From: Bacillota bacterium
Lineage (GTDB): Bacteria > Bacillota > Limnochordia > DTU087
Length of the DNA stretch: 64,000 bases
NCBI GenBank assembly: GCA_012799135.1
Contig: JAAZLW010000175.1
Span: 3,075 to 67,074 of the forward strand
Direction: 5' to 3'
This document shows positions 53,728-62,887 of this stretch, piece by piece; within the stretch, counting starts at the first letter, position 1, and each line of letters begins with the position of its first letter. The notes below the pieces were generated by a model. That model worked only from the letters and a program-made list of their open reading frames with translations, did not search any database and was not told the origin of the DNA. The translations under genes and the position numbers were made by a program.

Positions 53728-55731
53728 CTAGCTCGTCAATCTACGGACGCCCTGTTTGCGAATTGATGGTAGGAACTGCTCTTCAACCCGAGTTTGGATC
53801 GATTCTGTGGGCACGAAAACAAGGTCCCACGCCTCTTGCACCCGCTCCACAGGGATAATCTCCATGTCGTCAATACCTTTGGGAATCTCCCGTGCATTCT
53901 CCATCGGTACCAACACTCGCTTCACCTCAGCTTGCACCGCTCCATAGATTTTCTCCTGTATGCCACCTACTGGTTTTACCTTGCCCTGTAAAGAAATCTC
54001 TCCGGTAACTGCTACATCTTGACGTAACGGAATATCCTCAACTGCAGAGATAAGAGCCAACACCATGGCCAATCCCGCCGAGGGACCATCTAGGTTAGCC
54101 CCGCCTACCACATTCAAGTGTAGATCATAGTCAGCAATTTCTTTCCCGGTAAGCTGCCTCACCACCGATGCTGCATTGAAGACCGAGTCTTTGGCCATCG
54201 AGCCTGCTGTTTCATTAAATCTCAATGTCCCCCGCCCTTTGCCTTTAGCGGGAAAAGCGATGGCCTCAATCTCCAATACTGAGCCAAGAAACCCACTTAC
54301 GCCTAGCCCTAAGATCTTACCAACCTCCGCACCCTGGTTAGCCTTTACCGTTACATAAGGGACAAGGCGACTACTTTGAATAACATCCTCCAAATCCACC
54401 CGAGTGATCAGTACCGGAACCTTGGCTTGTGTTCCATTGCCAGACCGCTGCAGAGCAACTCCATAGCAATCAGCTACGAGGCTGGTAGCTTTACGTCCCT
54501 CGATAGTATACTCGCTGATCATCCCTGCTACTTCCGGCTCCAGGCTAACACCTAAGCGCCGCGCCGCATTGACCACAATGGACTGAATATCTGTTCGACT
54601 GAGGGGTTGAAAGAATACCTCTGCACAACGGGAGCGCAAAGCGGGATTGATCTCTGACGGATCCCGAGTAGTGGCACCGATCAAGATGAAGTCTGCCGGA
54701 GCACCCTCTTCAAAAAGTTTCTTGATATACTTCGGTACATTAGGATCGGTTGGATCATAATACGAAGAATCAAACCTCACGCGTTTGTCCTCCAATACCT
54801 TCAGCAGCTTGTTTTGCAGCATCAGATCCAGTTCACCGATTTCATCTATGAACAAAATACCACCATGGGCCTCAGTCACCAAGCCGAGTTTTGGTTCAGG
54901 GACAGCACCATCTGCCAAATCGCGCTTGGCCCCCTGATAGATGGGATCATGGACTGAACCCAACAATGGATTGGTCACATCCCGGGGATCCCACCGTAAG
55001 GTGGCACCATCGACCTCCACAAATCGTGCATCTGCCCCAAAGGGCGTATAGGGTAGGTCCTTTGCCGCCTCCAATATAAGGCGGGCTACAGTAGTCTTCC
55101 CTACACCGGGAGGCCCATACAAGATTACATGCTGCGGATAAGGTGATGCAATCTTGGCAAACAGAGACCTGATAGCCTTCTCCTGACCAACCACTTCAGT
55201 TAGCTCCCCCGGCCTAAGATACTCATTAATCGAGGTAGCTAGCTTTCTATGTTCTAGCCTCTCTAGTTCGGCGTACTTCTTCAAAGTAAAGGGATTATCT
55301 ACGCCCTTCTCTTCCCTTAAGATCTCCATGCGTAATTCCCGGAGATACTCCTCATGCCGTTCTTCCATTCGCTCCGCGATTTTCCTCTCCAGCGATTCCT
55401 CGACTGTACGGCGAGCCAGAAGATCAGCTAATACGTCTTCGATCTCGGCTAGTGCCTCTGGAATCTCCTCCGGCTTAGGCACCACATCTATAGTCGGATC
55501 CTCCAATACTATCTTCTTGAGAGCCAGCACTTTGTCGTCCAGGCGCTCCGAACGCATCAACTGCAAGGCATCTAGTTTGCCGGCCTTCATTACCAGCTTG
55601 TCAGAACCCATTAGATTGGCTAAGAGACCATAGACAGCGGTAACCTGACGCCTAAGCTGCTCTTCACCAGATAGTTTGTGCCCCAGTTTCTGCTCACCTC
55701 TAGCCATGAGTTTCCGGATTAGGCTTTTCAT
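53728..55731 (-). CDS. Lon-family ATP-dependent protease (sporeformer LonC/LonB-like; no N-terminal Lon substrate domain)
   Basis: Walker A GPPGVGKTT, Walker B ILFIDEIGE. C-terminal Lon protease domain DGPSAGLAM with a downstream Lys. Confidence 0.8.
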   Translation of the reverse strand: MKSLIRKLMARGEQKLGHKLSGEEQLRRQVTAVYGLLANLMGSDKLVMKAGKLDALQLMRSERLDDKVLALKKIVLEDPTIDVVPKPEEIPEALAEIEDVLADLLARRTVEESLERKIAERMEERHEEYLRELRMEILREEKGVDNPFTLKKYAELERLEHRKLATSINEYLRPGELTEVVGQEKAIRSLFAKIASPYPQHVILYGPPGVGKTTVARLILEAAKDLPYTPFGADARFVEVDGATLRWDPRDVTNPLLGSVHDPIYQGAKRDLADGAVPEPKLGLVTEAHGGILFIDEIGELDLMLQNKLLKVLEDKRVRFDSSYYDPTDPNVPKYIKKLFEEGAPADFILIGATTRDPSEINPALRSRCAEVFFQPLSRTDIQSIVVNAARRLGVSLEPEVAGMISEYTIEGRKATSLVADCYGVALQRSGNGTQAKVPVLITRVDLEDVIQSSRLVPYVTVKANQGAEVGKILGLGVSGFLGSVLEIEAIAFPAKGKGRGTLRFNETAGSMAKDSVFNAASVVRQLTGKEIADYDLHLNVVGGANLDGPSAGLAMVLALISAVEDIPLRQDVAVTGEISLQGKVKPVGGIQEKIYGAVQAEVKRVLVPMENAREIPKGIDDMEIIPVERVQEAWDLVFVPTESIQTRVEEQFLPSIRKQGVRRLTS

Positions 55732-55858
55732 GCGGAGCGTCCCCTTTCAGTCTCTGGAAACAAATCTACATCTCAGTATAGACCAAGATGGTTAGTCATC
55801 TTATATGGAATACAATTCTTCAGTTGATCTGTGGTTCATTTGACAAAAGGCCCTACCC

Positions 55859-56326
55859 TTATACCTTTGAGTCTTTAGGGTCACTCTGTTCTACCTTGAC
55901 ATTGAGACTAGCCGTTATCCCCGGCATGAGTCTCACCTTGACGGAGTGATTTCCGATGTTCTTGATAGGTTCTTCCAGCTCCAATTTGCGCTTGTCTAAT
56001 TTGATACCTGTCTTCTTCTCAATCGCGTTCACCAGATCAGTACTGGTTACAGAACCAAACAGCCTTCCACCTTCTCCGGACCGAGCCTGCATAGTTATTT
56101 CCAGCCCATCTAGGGTTGACTTAATCTTATCGGCATCGGTTCTTTCTCTAAGCTCTCGGTCTTTATCAAGCTTTTGCTGATGCTGCCAATGCTTGAGATT
56201 ACTCTTAGTGGCCTCCACCGCGAGACCCCGGGGGATCAGAAAGTTGCGACCATAGCCCTCGGCCACTTTCACTATTTCACCCTGTTTGCCCAGATTCTTC
56301 ACATCCTGAGTCAAGATAACTTCCAT
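55859..56326 (-). CDS. rplI: Ribosomal protein L9
   Basis: [35 protein letters not shown] 5 nt after AAAGGAGTGA. Confidence 0.95.
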   Translation of the reverse strand: MEVILTQDVKNLGKQGEIVKVAEGYGRNFLIPRGLAVEATKSNLKHWQHQQKLDKDRELRERTDADKIKSTLDGLEITMQARSGEGGRLFGSVTSTDLVNAIEKKTGIKLDKRKLELEEPIKNIGNHSVKVRLMPGITASLNVKVEQSDPKDSKV

Positions 56327-56350
56327 GAACGTCACTCCTTTGCTGCTTAC

Positions 56351-57301
56351 CTAGGCCGATGCATCCTGCCCTAGCTTTCGGAAATTGAACCACGTATCCA
56401 GGACACCTGCCCAGACAACTAATGTAGAAAACAAGGGATTAAACACAAAAATAATGATTATCCACCTAACCAGTTTAGGCAAGTTAGCCTTATCAAAGAA
56501 AAACCACAAGATAGCTAGACCCTGAAGCAAGAAGACATAGTTAAATAAGATCTGCAAGTTCAGACCCAGCACAAACCAAATATTGCTATTGCCTGATCCT
56601 TGGGTGACCAACAGGAGGCTCTGTCCCAAGATATAGCCCCAGGCAAGATACCAAGGAACCCTCCAAAGCCGAAAAGGCTTCAACCAAGGTAGTTTCCCGC
56701 CCAGTCTATTCAAAATAAGACGGGCTAGCCAGTAGTTCACAAAGGTCATAATAATGGCCGTGGTCAATAAGGCTGCTGGAAGTGCCAGCCGCAAGAGCCG
56801 CATAAACTCCCCTAGACTGTCTAAATTGAATAATGGGTGTTCCTCTATGCCAAATCTCTCGTACATCTGCAGCGCTTGCTCCAAGGAGCGCTCCATGGTC
56901 TCAAAGGTCGTTTCCAAAACATTAAGATCAAGGAATAGTGCCGTTACCGCCACCATTAGCAGCAATGAGATCACTGAAGTGGCCGTACCAATCAGCATGA
57001 TTCGATGAGGCGAAAATCCCTCCCGCAGAGCTTCTCCCATGGCCAATCCGACCAGCCCCAAGATCAACAGAAAAATCATTGTCGGCACTGTACTGAGTAC
57101 CATGCCACCTAGCAATGCCGAAGTTATGGCCACTAAGATCCCCGGTCGCATACCATGGCGGTAGACCAAGATGATCAGAGGCACCGGGGTAATAAAAAAA
57201 AGATATGGCATAAAATAGGCACCTAAGACAGAGAGCAAAACGGTGATAGCCGCCAGCATGGCTCCCTCCGTCAGGGATCTGGTGCTGTTAGGTTTTCGCA
57301 T
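56351..57301 (-). CDS. yybS: YybS family membrane protein (DUF2232)
   Basis: Polytopic membrane ORF at the conserved position between rpsR and rplI. ATG at 57301 follows GAGGTG. Confidence 0.7.
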   Translation of the reverse strand: MRKPNSTRSLTEGAMLAAITVLLSVLGAYFMPYLFFITPVPLIILVYRHGMRPGILVAITSALLGGMVLSTVPTMIFLLILGLVGLAMGEALREGFSPHRIMLIGTATSVISLLLMVAVTALFLDLNVLETTFETMERSLEQALQMYERFGIEEHPLFNLDSLGEFMRLLRLALPAALLTTAIIMTFVNYWLARLILNRLGGKLPWLKPFRLWRVPWYLAWGYILGQSLLLVTQGSGNSNIWFVLGLNLQILFNYVFLLQGLAILWFFFDKANLPKLVRWIIIIFVFNPLFSTLVVWAGVLDTWFNFRKLGQDASA

Positions 57302-57306
57302 CCGCT

Positions 57307-57624
57307 TCACCTCTTGTTGTCTTGTAGGTACCGCAACAAAGCTGAGAAATCTCCGTACCACTGCTCGATTTCATGGTCTTGTTCAATATTAGCTTTGATC
57401 TTGTTCTCAATCTTGATATCCATGCGGGAAAAGCTAAAACCTAAACGATTGCCTAGAATAAAACACGTGATCACTATGTTGGCCAGGCCATCAATCATAG
57501 TCTCTTCCGTGTTTTTGACCAAGCCTCGAAAAAACATGGCGACACCGGAAACCAGCTCTGCTTTCAGCCATTCTATGGTCTTGATATTGCGGGCAATACC
57601 GATATCGGACTTCGGCATAGACAT
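57307..57624 (-). CDS. Small MazG-like family protein (105 aa)
   Basis: ATG 6 nt after CAGGAGGGG. The pattern NIKTIEWLKAEL...DGLANIVITCFILGNRLGFSFSRMD matches my recollection of the short MazG-like proteins found after rpsR in Clostridia. Confidence 0.5.
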   Translation of the reverse strand: MSMPKSDIGIARNIKTIEWLKAELVSGVAMFFRGLVKNTEETMIDGLANIVITCFILGNRLGFSFSRMDIKIENKIKANIEQDHEIEQWYGDFSALLRYLQDNKR

Positions 57625-57684
57625 GCCTAACCCCTCCTGGCAAATATTTGACTCCCTGGCTCCTAGTTCACAAAGCTCAACTGT

Positions 57685-57719
57685 GTAAAAAGGGTTAACC
57701 GCCCAGCAGTTAACCCTTT
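57685..57719 (-). terminator. Intrinsic terminator of the rpsF-ssb-rpsR operon
   Basis: Minus strand: AAAGGGTTAAC-tgctgggcg-GTTAACCCTTT followed by TTAC, giving a 5-T run. Confidence 0.7.
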
Positions 57720-57742
57720 GCTTCGTCCAAATTAAATTGTGG

Positions 57743-57988
57743 CTACTCTGCCGTATATGGTAACAGTGCAACCTGACGGGCACGCTTAATGGCAACAGTT
57801 AGTTGTCTTTGATGGCGTGCGCAATTGCCGGAGATTCGCCGAGGCAAGATCTTACCTCGCTCTGACAGATAACGGCGCAGCCTGCCTATTTCTTTGTAGT
57901 CAACCTTTTCTACCTTGTCGACACAGAAATTACAAACCTTCCGCCTGCCTCTGCGGCCCCTCCTTCGTTCCTTTGCCACATATCTCAC
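57743..57988 (-). CDS. rpsR: Ribosomal protein S18
   Basis: RRKVCNFC....VDYK....[25 protein letters not shown]. Confidence 0.95.
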   Translation of the reverse strand: MRYVAKERRRGRRGRRKVCNFCVDKVEKVDYKEIGRLRRYLSERGKILPRRISGNCARHQRQLTVAIKRARQVALLPYTAE

Positions 57989-57993
57989 TCCTC

Positions 57994-58392
57994 TTAGAAG
58001 GGAACATCGTCAATAAAAAAGTCGTCCGACTGAGTGACAGTCTTTTGGGAGTCGTCTGCTTGGTCGGACTGCCTCCCCCAATCGAGGAATCTCACATCTT
58101 GGGCAACTACCTCGGTCACCCAACGCCTAGTTCCATCCTGAGCGTCATAAGAGCGCACCTGAATGCGGCCATCTACTGCCACTAGGCGTCCCTTATTCAG
58201 GTAATTTGCACAGTTCTCAGCCTGCTTGTCCCAAACCACAATCGGAATAAAATCAGCTTCCCGTTCTCCACTCTGATTTGTAAAAGGCCGATCTACGGCC
58301 AGTCTGAAATTGGTTACTGCTGTTCCACTCTGAGTATATCGCAGTTCAGGATCAGCTGTTAAGCGGCCGATTAATATCACTCGATTGAGCAT
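57994..58392 (-). CDS. ssb: Single-stranded DNA-binding protein
   Basis: [22 protein letters not shown]-fold N-terminus. Acidic C-terminal tip DDVPF. Confidence 0.95.
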   Translation of the reverse strand: MLNRVILIGRLTADPELRYTQSGTAVTNFRLAVDRPFTNQSGEREADFIPIVVWDKQAENCANYLNKGRLVAVDGRIQVRSYDAQDGTRRWVTEVVAQDVRFLDWGRQSDQADDSQKTVTQSDDFFIDDVPF

Positions 58393-58452
58393 CTACGCTC
58401 CTCCTTATCAATATGTCGGAACGGAGCTGTCACTTAAGCCCTGAGTCGTCGG

Positions 58453-58743
58453 TTAATTATCTTGGCGTATCAGCAGATGGCGAATGACTCCATCGGTGAG
58501 CTTCACGATCCGCTCCAACTCACTGGCTGTAGCGGGCTCCGCTTGGAAATCCATCACCACATAGAAGCCTTCGGTGAACCCTTTCAGTTCATAAGCCAGT
58601 CGTCTCTTACCCCACCGATCAAGGTTATCAACGGTCCCACCTTCACTTGTTACAACACCGGTTAGGCGCTCTAACAAGGCATCGGTAGCTTCTTCTTCCA
58701 GACCTGGCTGCAAGACGAGCATAAGCTCGTATGGTCGCACCAC
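58453..58743 (-). CDS. rpsF: Ribosomal protein S6
   Basis: RPYELMLVLQP...WGKRRLAY. GTG start after GGAGGAGGTGGAG. Confidence 0.95.
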   Translation of the reverse strand: MVRPYELMLVLQPGLEEEATDALLERLTGVVTSEGGTVDNLDRWGKRRLAYELKGFTEGFYVVMDFQAEPATASELERIVKLTDGVIRHLLIRQDN

Positions 58744-58806
58744 GGCTCCACCTCCTCCCTATGGACATGGCCCCAGGTCCTGCCTGGAGCAGGGATGACC
58801 AGTGTC

Positions 58807-58835
58807 ATTATATCATTCAGTATTCCTACATGCAA
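58807..58835 (-). promoter_or_regulatory. Sigma-A promoter of rpsF-ssb-rpsR, embedded in the 3' end of nanE
   Basis: Minus strand: TTGCAT-N17-(TGa)TATAAT. About 55-nt leader to the rpsF start. Confidence 0.65.
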
Positions 58836-59517
58836 CAGAGGATTTGGTAGCTTTCATATGTTTGACAAACCGCCTGGTGATAACATGGGGCCTTGTTATG
58901 GCCGATCCCACCACTACTGCATGAGCACCTAGGTCCAAGGCCTTGCGGGCCTCAAGGGGAGTCCAGATGCCACCCTCAGCTATGACGGGTTTGCCTGTCT
59001 TTTGGATGAGCGAATCCAGGAGCTCCCAATCCATTCCTCGATCTTCAAAAGCTCCCCTCGCTCCACCAAATGTCGAAGCCACGATATCGGCACCGGCACG
59101 AGCCGCTGCTACTCCATCTTCTAATGAACCGACATCTGCCATAATGACACAGCCCACTTCTTCCTTGATCTTGCTGATCAACTCAGCTGACGGAATGGGC
59201 CTTTCTTTTGCCTGAGTAGCATCGACTGCAACTATATCGGCTCCGGCTGCAATTACGGCCTTGGCATCATCTGGTGTCGGGGTAATGATGATCTCTCCAC
59301 TTTGGAGTCGGCGCTTGATAATACCGATTATGGGAAGACCCGTGATGCGCTTTGCTACTTCAATATCATGGACTCCGTTAATTCTGAGGCCAGAAGCTCC
59401 ACCCTGGAAAGCCGCCCAAGCCATTCCGGCCATCAATATCGGGCCATGCAGAGGCTCATCCTCCAAAGCTTGGCACGAAACGATTAGTCCTTGCTCTATT
59501 CTAGACAGTACATTCAT
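58813..59517 (-). CDS. nanE: Putative N-acetylmannosamine-6-phosphate 2-epimerase
   Basis: GLIVSCQALEDEPLHG and the TIM-barrel pattern of the NanE family. Confidence 0.75.
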   Translation of the reverse strand: MNVLSRIEQGLIVSCQALEDEPLHGPILMAGMAWAAFQGGASGLRINGVHDIEVAKRITGLPIIGIIKRRLQSGEIIITPTPDDAKAVIAAGADIVAVDATQAKERPIPSAELISKIKEEVGCVIMADVGSLEDGVAAARAGADIVASTFGGARGAFEDRGMDWELLDSLIQKTGKPVIAEGGIWTPLEARKALDLGAHAVVVGSAITRPHVITRRFVKHMKATKSSVACRNTE

Positions 59518-59701
59518 TGCCGATCACTCCATTTACTGATTTGAGGCATGAGCGCTACTCGAAGTTCAAAACCTCTTCCAGGTAAGCGAAACAGCCCCAC
59601 ATGAACCAAGCATCCTCCCTCAGATACGCCATTTACGAGGTGGAGTACCATCGCAGATCACGAAACGATGAGACTACCTTCAGTGGGTTTCCAAAAGGAT
59701 A

Positions 59702-60820
59702 CTAGACATTAAACCTTATCAACATGACATCTCCGTCCTGAACCTCATACTCTTTACCCTCAGATCGCAAGATGCCCACTTCCCTAGCCCGGGCAAAGGA
59801 ACCCAACTCAATGAGTTCTTTCGCGGACAGTACTTCTGCCCGAATGAATCCCCTCTCCATATCGCTATGGATTCTCCCGGCCGCTTGGGGAGCCTTAGTA
59901 CCCCGTGGTATGATCCAGGCTCTTGTTTCTGGGCCCTTGATTGTGTAGAACGATACCAGATCTAACTGCTGGTATGCTGCCCTCACTAAGCGATCCAATC
60001 CTGAGTTTGGTATCCCTAGTTCGGCGAGGAACTCCTGCCTTTCCTCGTCATCTAGCTCCTGCAGTTCCGCTTCCAGCTGACAAGCTATGGCAATACAGCC
60101 TGAACCCTCTTCATCGGCGGCCGTTTTAAGATCCCGATAATGCCGACTGCAGGGCCCATTGCCACCTCCGGCCAGGATATCTGCCAATTCCTCTGAGCTC
60201 ACGTTAGCACAGTAAAGCACAGGTAGTGAGGTGAGCAAGTGGAATTCTGCCAATAGTGCCCTTTCATCTTCCTTGAGGCTAAGACTCCGGGCCGGCAAGC
60301 CTTGATCGAGGTGTCTAGTTAGTTGCTCGATCAGCCTTAGCTCAGCCTTGTATCTTTTTTCACCGGTCTTCAGGTAGCGGGCAGCCTTTTCCCGCCGCTT
60401 TTCCAGCGTCTGCAAGTCTGCTAGGAGCAATTCTGTTTGCACAATCTCGCGATCCCGCAGGGCAGCCAGATCTCCTTCTACATGACTGACATTGTCATCG
60501 GCGAAACACCGAATTACATGTACTAAAGCATCTACCTCTCGGATGTGACCCAGGAACTGGTTACCCAATCCCTCTCCCCGACTAGCACCACGTACCAAAC
60601 CGGCTATGTCTATGAACTGAATGGTGGCCGGTGTCAGTTGCTCAGGGCACACCACTTTGCCGATCTCAGCTAATCGTCGATCAGGGATAGGGACGATACC
60701 TACATTAGGCTCGATAGTGCAGAAAGGATAATTGGCTGCTGCTGCAGCGGCCTGGGTCAAGGCATTGAATAATGTCGACTTGCCTACATTGGGAAGGCCA
60801 ATAATTCCCATAGAATACAA
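59702..60820 (-). CDS. ychF: Ribosome-binding ATPase YchF
   Basis: GIIGLPNVGKSTLFNALT G1 motif. C-terminal TGS-like IRAEV....GK.Y.V.DGD. Confidence 0.92.
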   Translation of the reverse strand: MYSMGIIGLPNVGKSTLFNALTQAAAAAANYPFCTIEPNVGIVPIPDRRLAEIGKVVCPEQLTPATIQFIDIAGLVRGASRGEGLGNQFLGHIREVDALVHVIRCFADDNVSHVEGDLAALRDREIVQTELLLADLQTLEKRREKAARYLKTGEKRYKAELRLIEQLTRHLDQGLPARSLSLKEDERALLAEFHLLTSLPVLYCANVSSEELADILAGGGNGPCSRHYRDLKTAADEEGSGCIAIACQLEAELQELDDEERQEFLAELGIPNSGLDRLVRAAYQQLDLVSFYTIKGPETRAWIIPRGTKAPQAAGRIHSDMERGFIRAEVLSAKELIELGSFARAREVGILRSEGKEYEVQDGDVMLIRFNV

Positions 60821-60860
60821 TGTTATTACCCCCCTCCGTCATCCATCGCTAGAATACCTT

Positions 60861-61052
60861 TTAGGGTTCCTCCCGCAACACAGCCTTGACCGCCCGTTCG
60901 AATTTCCGCCGAGGGAGCATCACTACTCTGCCACACTCAAGACACTTGATCCGAAAATCCATGCCAATACGCAAAACTTCCCATCGGTCTCCGCCACAAG
61001 CATGGGGTTTTCTCGTCTGTACGATATCTCCTAGATGATATACAGGTAGCAT
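60861..61052 (-). CDS. DUF951 family protein
   Basis: GDIVQTRKPHACGGDRWEVLRIGMDFRIKCLECGRVVMLPRRKFE matches the DUF951 pattern. Conserved neighbour of ychF. Confidence 0.75.
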   Translation of the reverse strand: MLPVYHLGDIVQTRKPHACGGDRWEVLRIGMDFRIKCLECGRVVMLPRRKFERAVKAVLREEP

Positions 61053-61078
61053 AGGCGCCCCCCTACAATTGCTTCTAG

Positions 61079-62023
61079 TTACTTCTCTAGCGGATCCACT
61101 ACGTCGGTTTCCTCTACCCGTAAAGATGTCGCATCACTCTTTGTCAGCTTCTCCGGTGCTACATCCGAACGAATAACCACAACCTGCCTAGGATAGGGAG
61201 ACATAATCCCTTCCGCATCGAATCGCTCCTTGATCGCTCCCCGAATCTGCCGCTCTATTCCCCATTGTTGCATAGGTTGGGCTCTGGCCAGAATTCGAAT
61301 CGCCACCGCTGACTCCGTCAAGTCACTCACTCCGAGAATAGTAGGGCCTTCAACTAACCCAGGTATTTCAACTTGTAATTGAAGAAAGAGATCATTGAGG
61401 ATATGCTTGACTCTTTCCAGATCCTCTTCATAGGGCACCTGTACATCGAAGACTATGCGCATGGCTGCCCCCATATAGTTGGTCACCTGCTCTATCTGAC
61501 CGTTGGGTACAATATGCAGCTCACCGCCTAAATCCCTAAGCTTGGTGACCCTCACCCCCATATCCTCAACAACACCCGATACATCCCCTACCCGTACATA
61601 ATCACCAACGGAGTACTGGTTTTCCATCAAGATGAAGAAACCTGTGATTACGTCCTTAACTAGGCTCTGGGCTCCGAAGCCAATGGCCAGCCCTCCGATG
61701 CCCGCAGTAGCCACGATGGAACTTGTGGGCACCCCGAGTTTATCAAGAGCGGTCATTCCGCCGACAAAGTACAGGATATAGCTGATGGCACTCTTCAAAA
61801 TATTCATGAGAGTGCGGTGCCGTTTGAGATCCGTATGGCGGTGACGGTTTCTCCTCTCAGCTTCGAAAATCCGAGAAATCAAAAAGCCGGCTACCTGTAC
61901 AGCTACTTTGGTTCCCACCAAGATCAATGCTACATTCAATAAGGTACGAGCAATATCAGAAAAACGTCCAGTTATTGCCACTAGCGATACCCCATTTAGC
62001 CATGATGAACTAGCTCCATCCAT
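61079..62023 (-). CDS. Mechanosensitive ion channel (MscS family)
   Basis: GIGGLAIGFGAQSLVKD..GFFIL.E and VGD.V......G.VE motifs. Confidence 0.85.
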   Translation of the reverse strand: MDGASSSWLNGVSLVAITGRFSDIARTLLNVALILVGTKVAVQVAGFLISRIFEAERRNRHRHTDLKRHRTLMNILKSAISYILYFVGGMTALDKLGVPTSSIVATAGIGGLAIGFGAQSLVKDVITGFFILMENQYSVGDYVRVGDVSGVVEDMGVRVTKLRDLGGELHIVPNGQIEQVTNYMGAAMRIVFDVQVPYEEDLERVKHILNDLFLQLQVEIPGLVEGPTILGVSDLTESAVAIRILARAQPMQQWGIERQIRGAIKERFDAEGIMSPYPRQVVVIRSDVAPEKLTKSDATSLRVEETDVVDPLEK

Positions 62024-62029
62024 ACGAAC

Positions 62030-62887
62030 TTATTCCTCCCGCCACCGGGCATAGGAGCCGAGAAGCCGAAAGAAGCTGCTATTGCTTGCCACGGCTGCCA
62101 ATGCCGCGGCTACATCTGGTTCAGTCTTGTGGCCGGCGACATCCAGGAAAAACAGATATTCCCCCAAAATCCGCTTGGCAGGACGTGATTCGATTCTTGT
62201 TAGGTCAATACCCCGACTGGCAAACTCCCACAACTGCTCATACAAGACACCTGCTCTGTTCGCGTTGGGAGAGAAAACAAAGGAGGTCTTGTCATCACCG
62301 GTCGGAGCACTATCCTCTTGAGCAAGCACGCAAAACCGCGTGGCATTATCGCGATTATCCTGAATATCTGCTGCCAAAACCTCAAGATCGTAGACAGTGG
62401 CCGCTGTTGCATTGCCAACAGCCACACTGTTACCATCTCCGGCCGCCACAATCCTCGCCGCCTCTGCTGTGGAACTAGCCGTAGCCAGCCCTGCGGTCGG
62501 CAAGTGTTCCTGCAAGAAGGCCCTACACTGCCCTAGGGCCTGAGGATGGGAGATCACCATCTTGATCTTTTCGTAACTAGTCCCTTTCCTCGCCAACAGG
62601 TAGTGGCGAACAGGGACAATGATCTCTGCAGCCATCTTCAGATCCACTTCATGAGCCAACATATCTAGGGTGAGCGCAACCGGTCCTTCCAGCGAATTCT
62701 CTAATGGTACTACTGCCTCATGGACACCACCCGCATCAGCGGCGAGAATAAGTTCCACGATACTCTTGAAGGGTTGGAGTTCGGCTATCTTTTCTCCCGA
62801 CCCATGCTCTTGGTAAAGAATCGCCGCTTGTTCTGAAAAGGTCCCTCGAGGCCCGAGATACCCTATCACTTTCGGGCTAACGATCAT
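62030..62887 (-). CDS. pheA: Prephenate dehydratase (PDT plus ACT domains)
   Basis: [15 protein letters not shown] and ..TRF.VL.. followed by TSF.F....RAG.L...L ACT. ATG at 62887 forms an ATGA overlap with the gcvPB stop. Confidence 0.88.
   Translation of the reverse strand: MIVSPKVIGYLGPRGTFSEQAAILYQEHGSGEKIAELQPFKSIVELILAADAGGVHEAVVPLENSLEGPVALTLDMLAHEVDLKMAAEIIVPVRHYLLARKGTSYEKIKMVISHPQALGQCRAFLQEHLPTAGLATASSTAEAARIVAAGDGNSVAVGNATAATVYDLEVLAADIQDNRDNATRFCVLAQEDSAPTGDDKTSFVFSPNANRAGVLYEQLWEFASRGIDLTRIESRPAKRILGEYLFFLDVAGHKTEPDVAAALAAVASNSSFFRLLGSYARWREE

Noticed and set aside
59518-59701. 184-nt ychF-nanE spacer as a possible riboswitch, and its 15-codon ORF (MWGCFAYLEEVLNFE)
   Set aside because: I found no recognisable riboswitch core and no convincing terminator/antiterminator pair. 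The ORF is very short and has a 10-nt RBS spacing.
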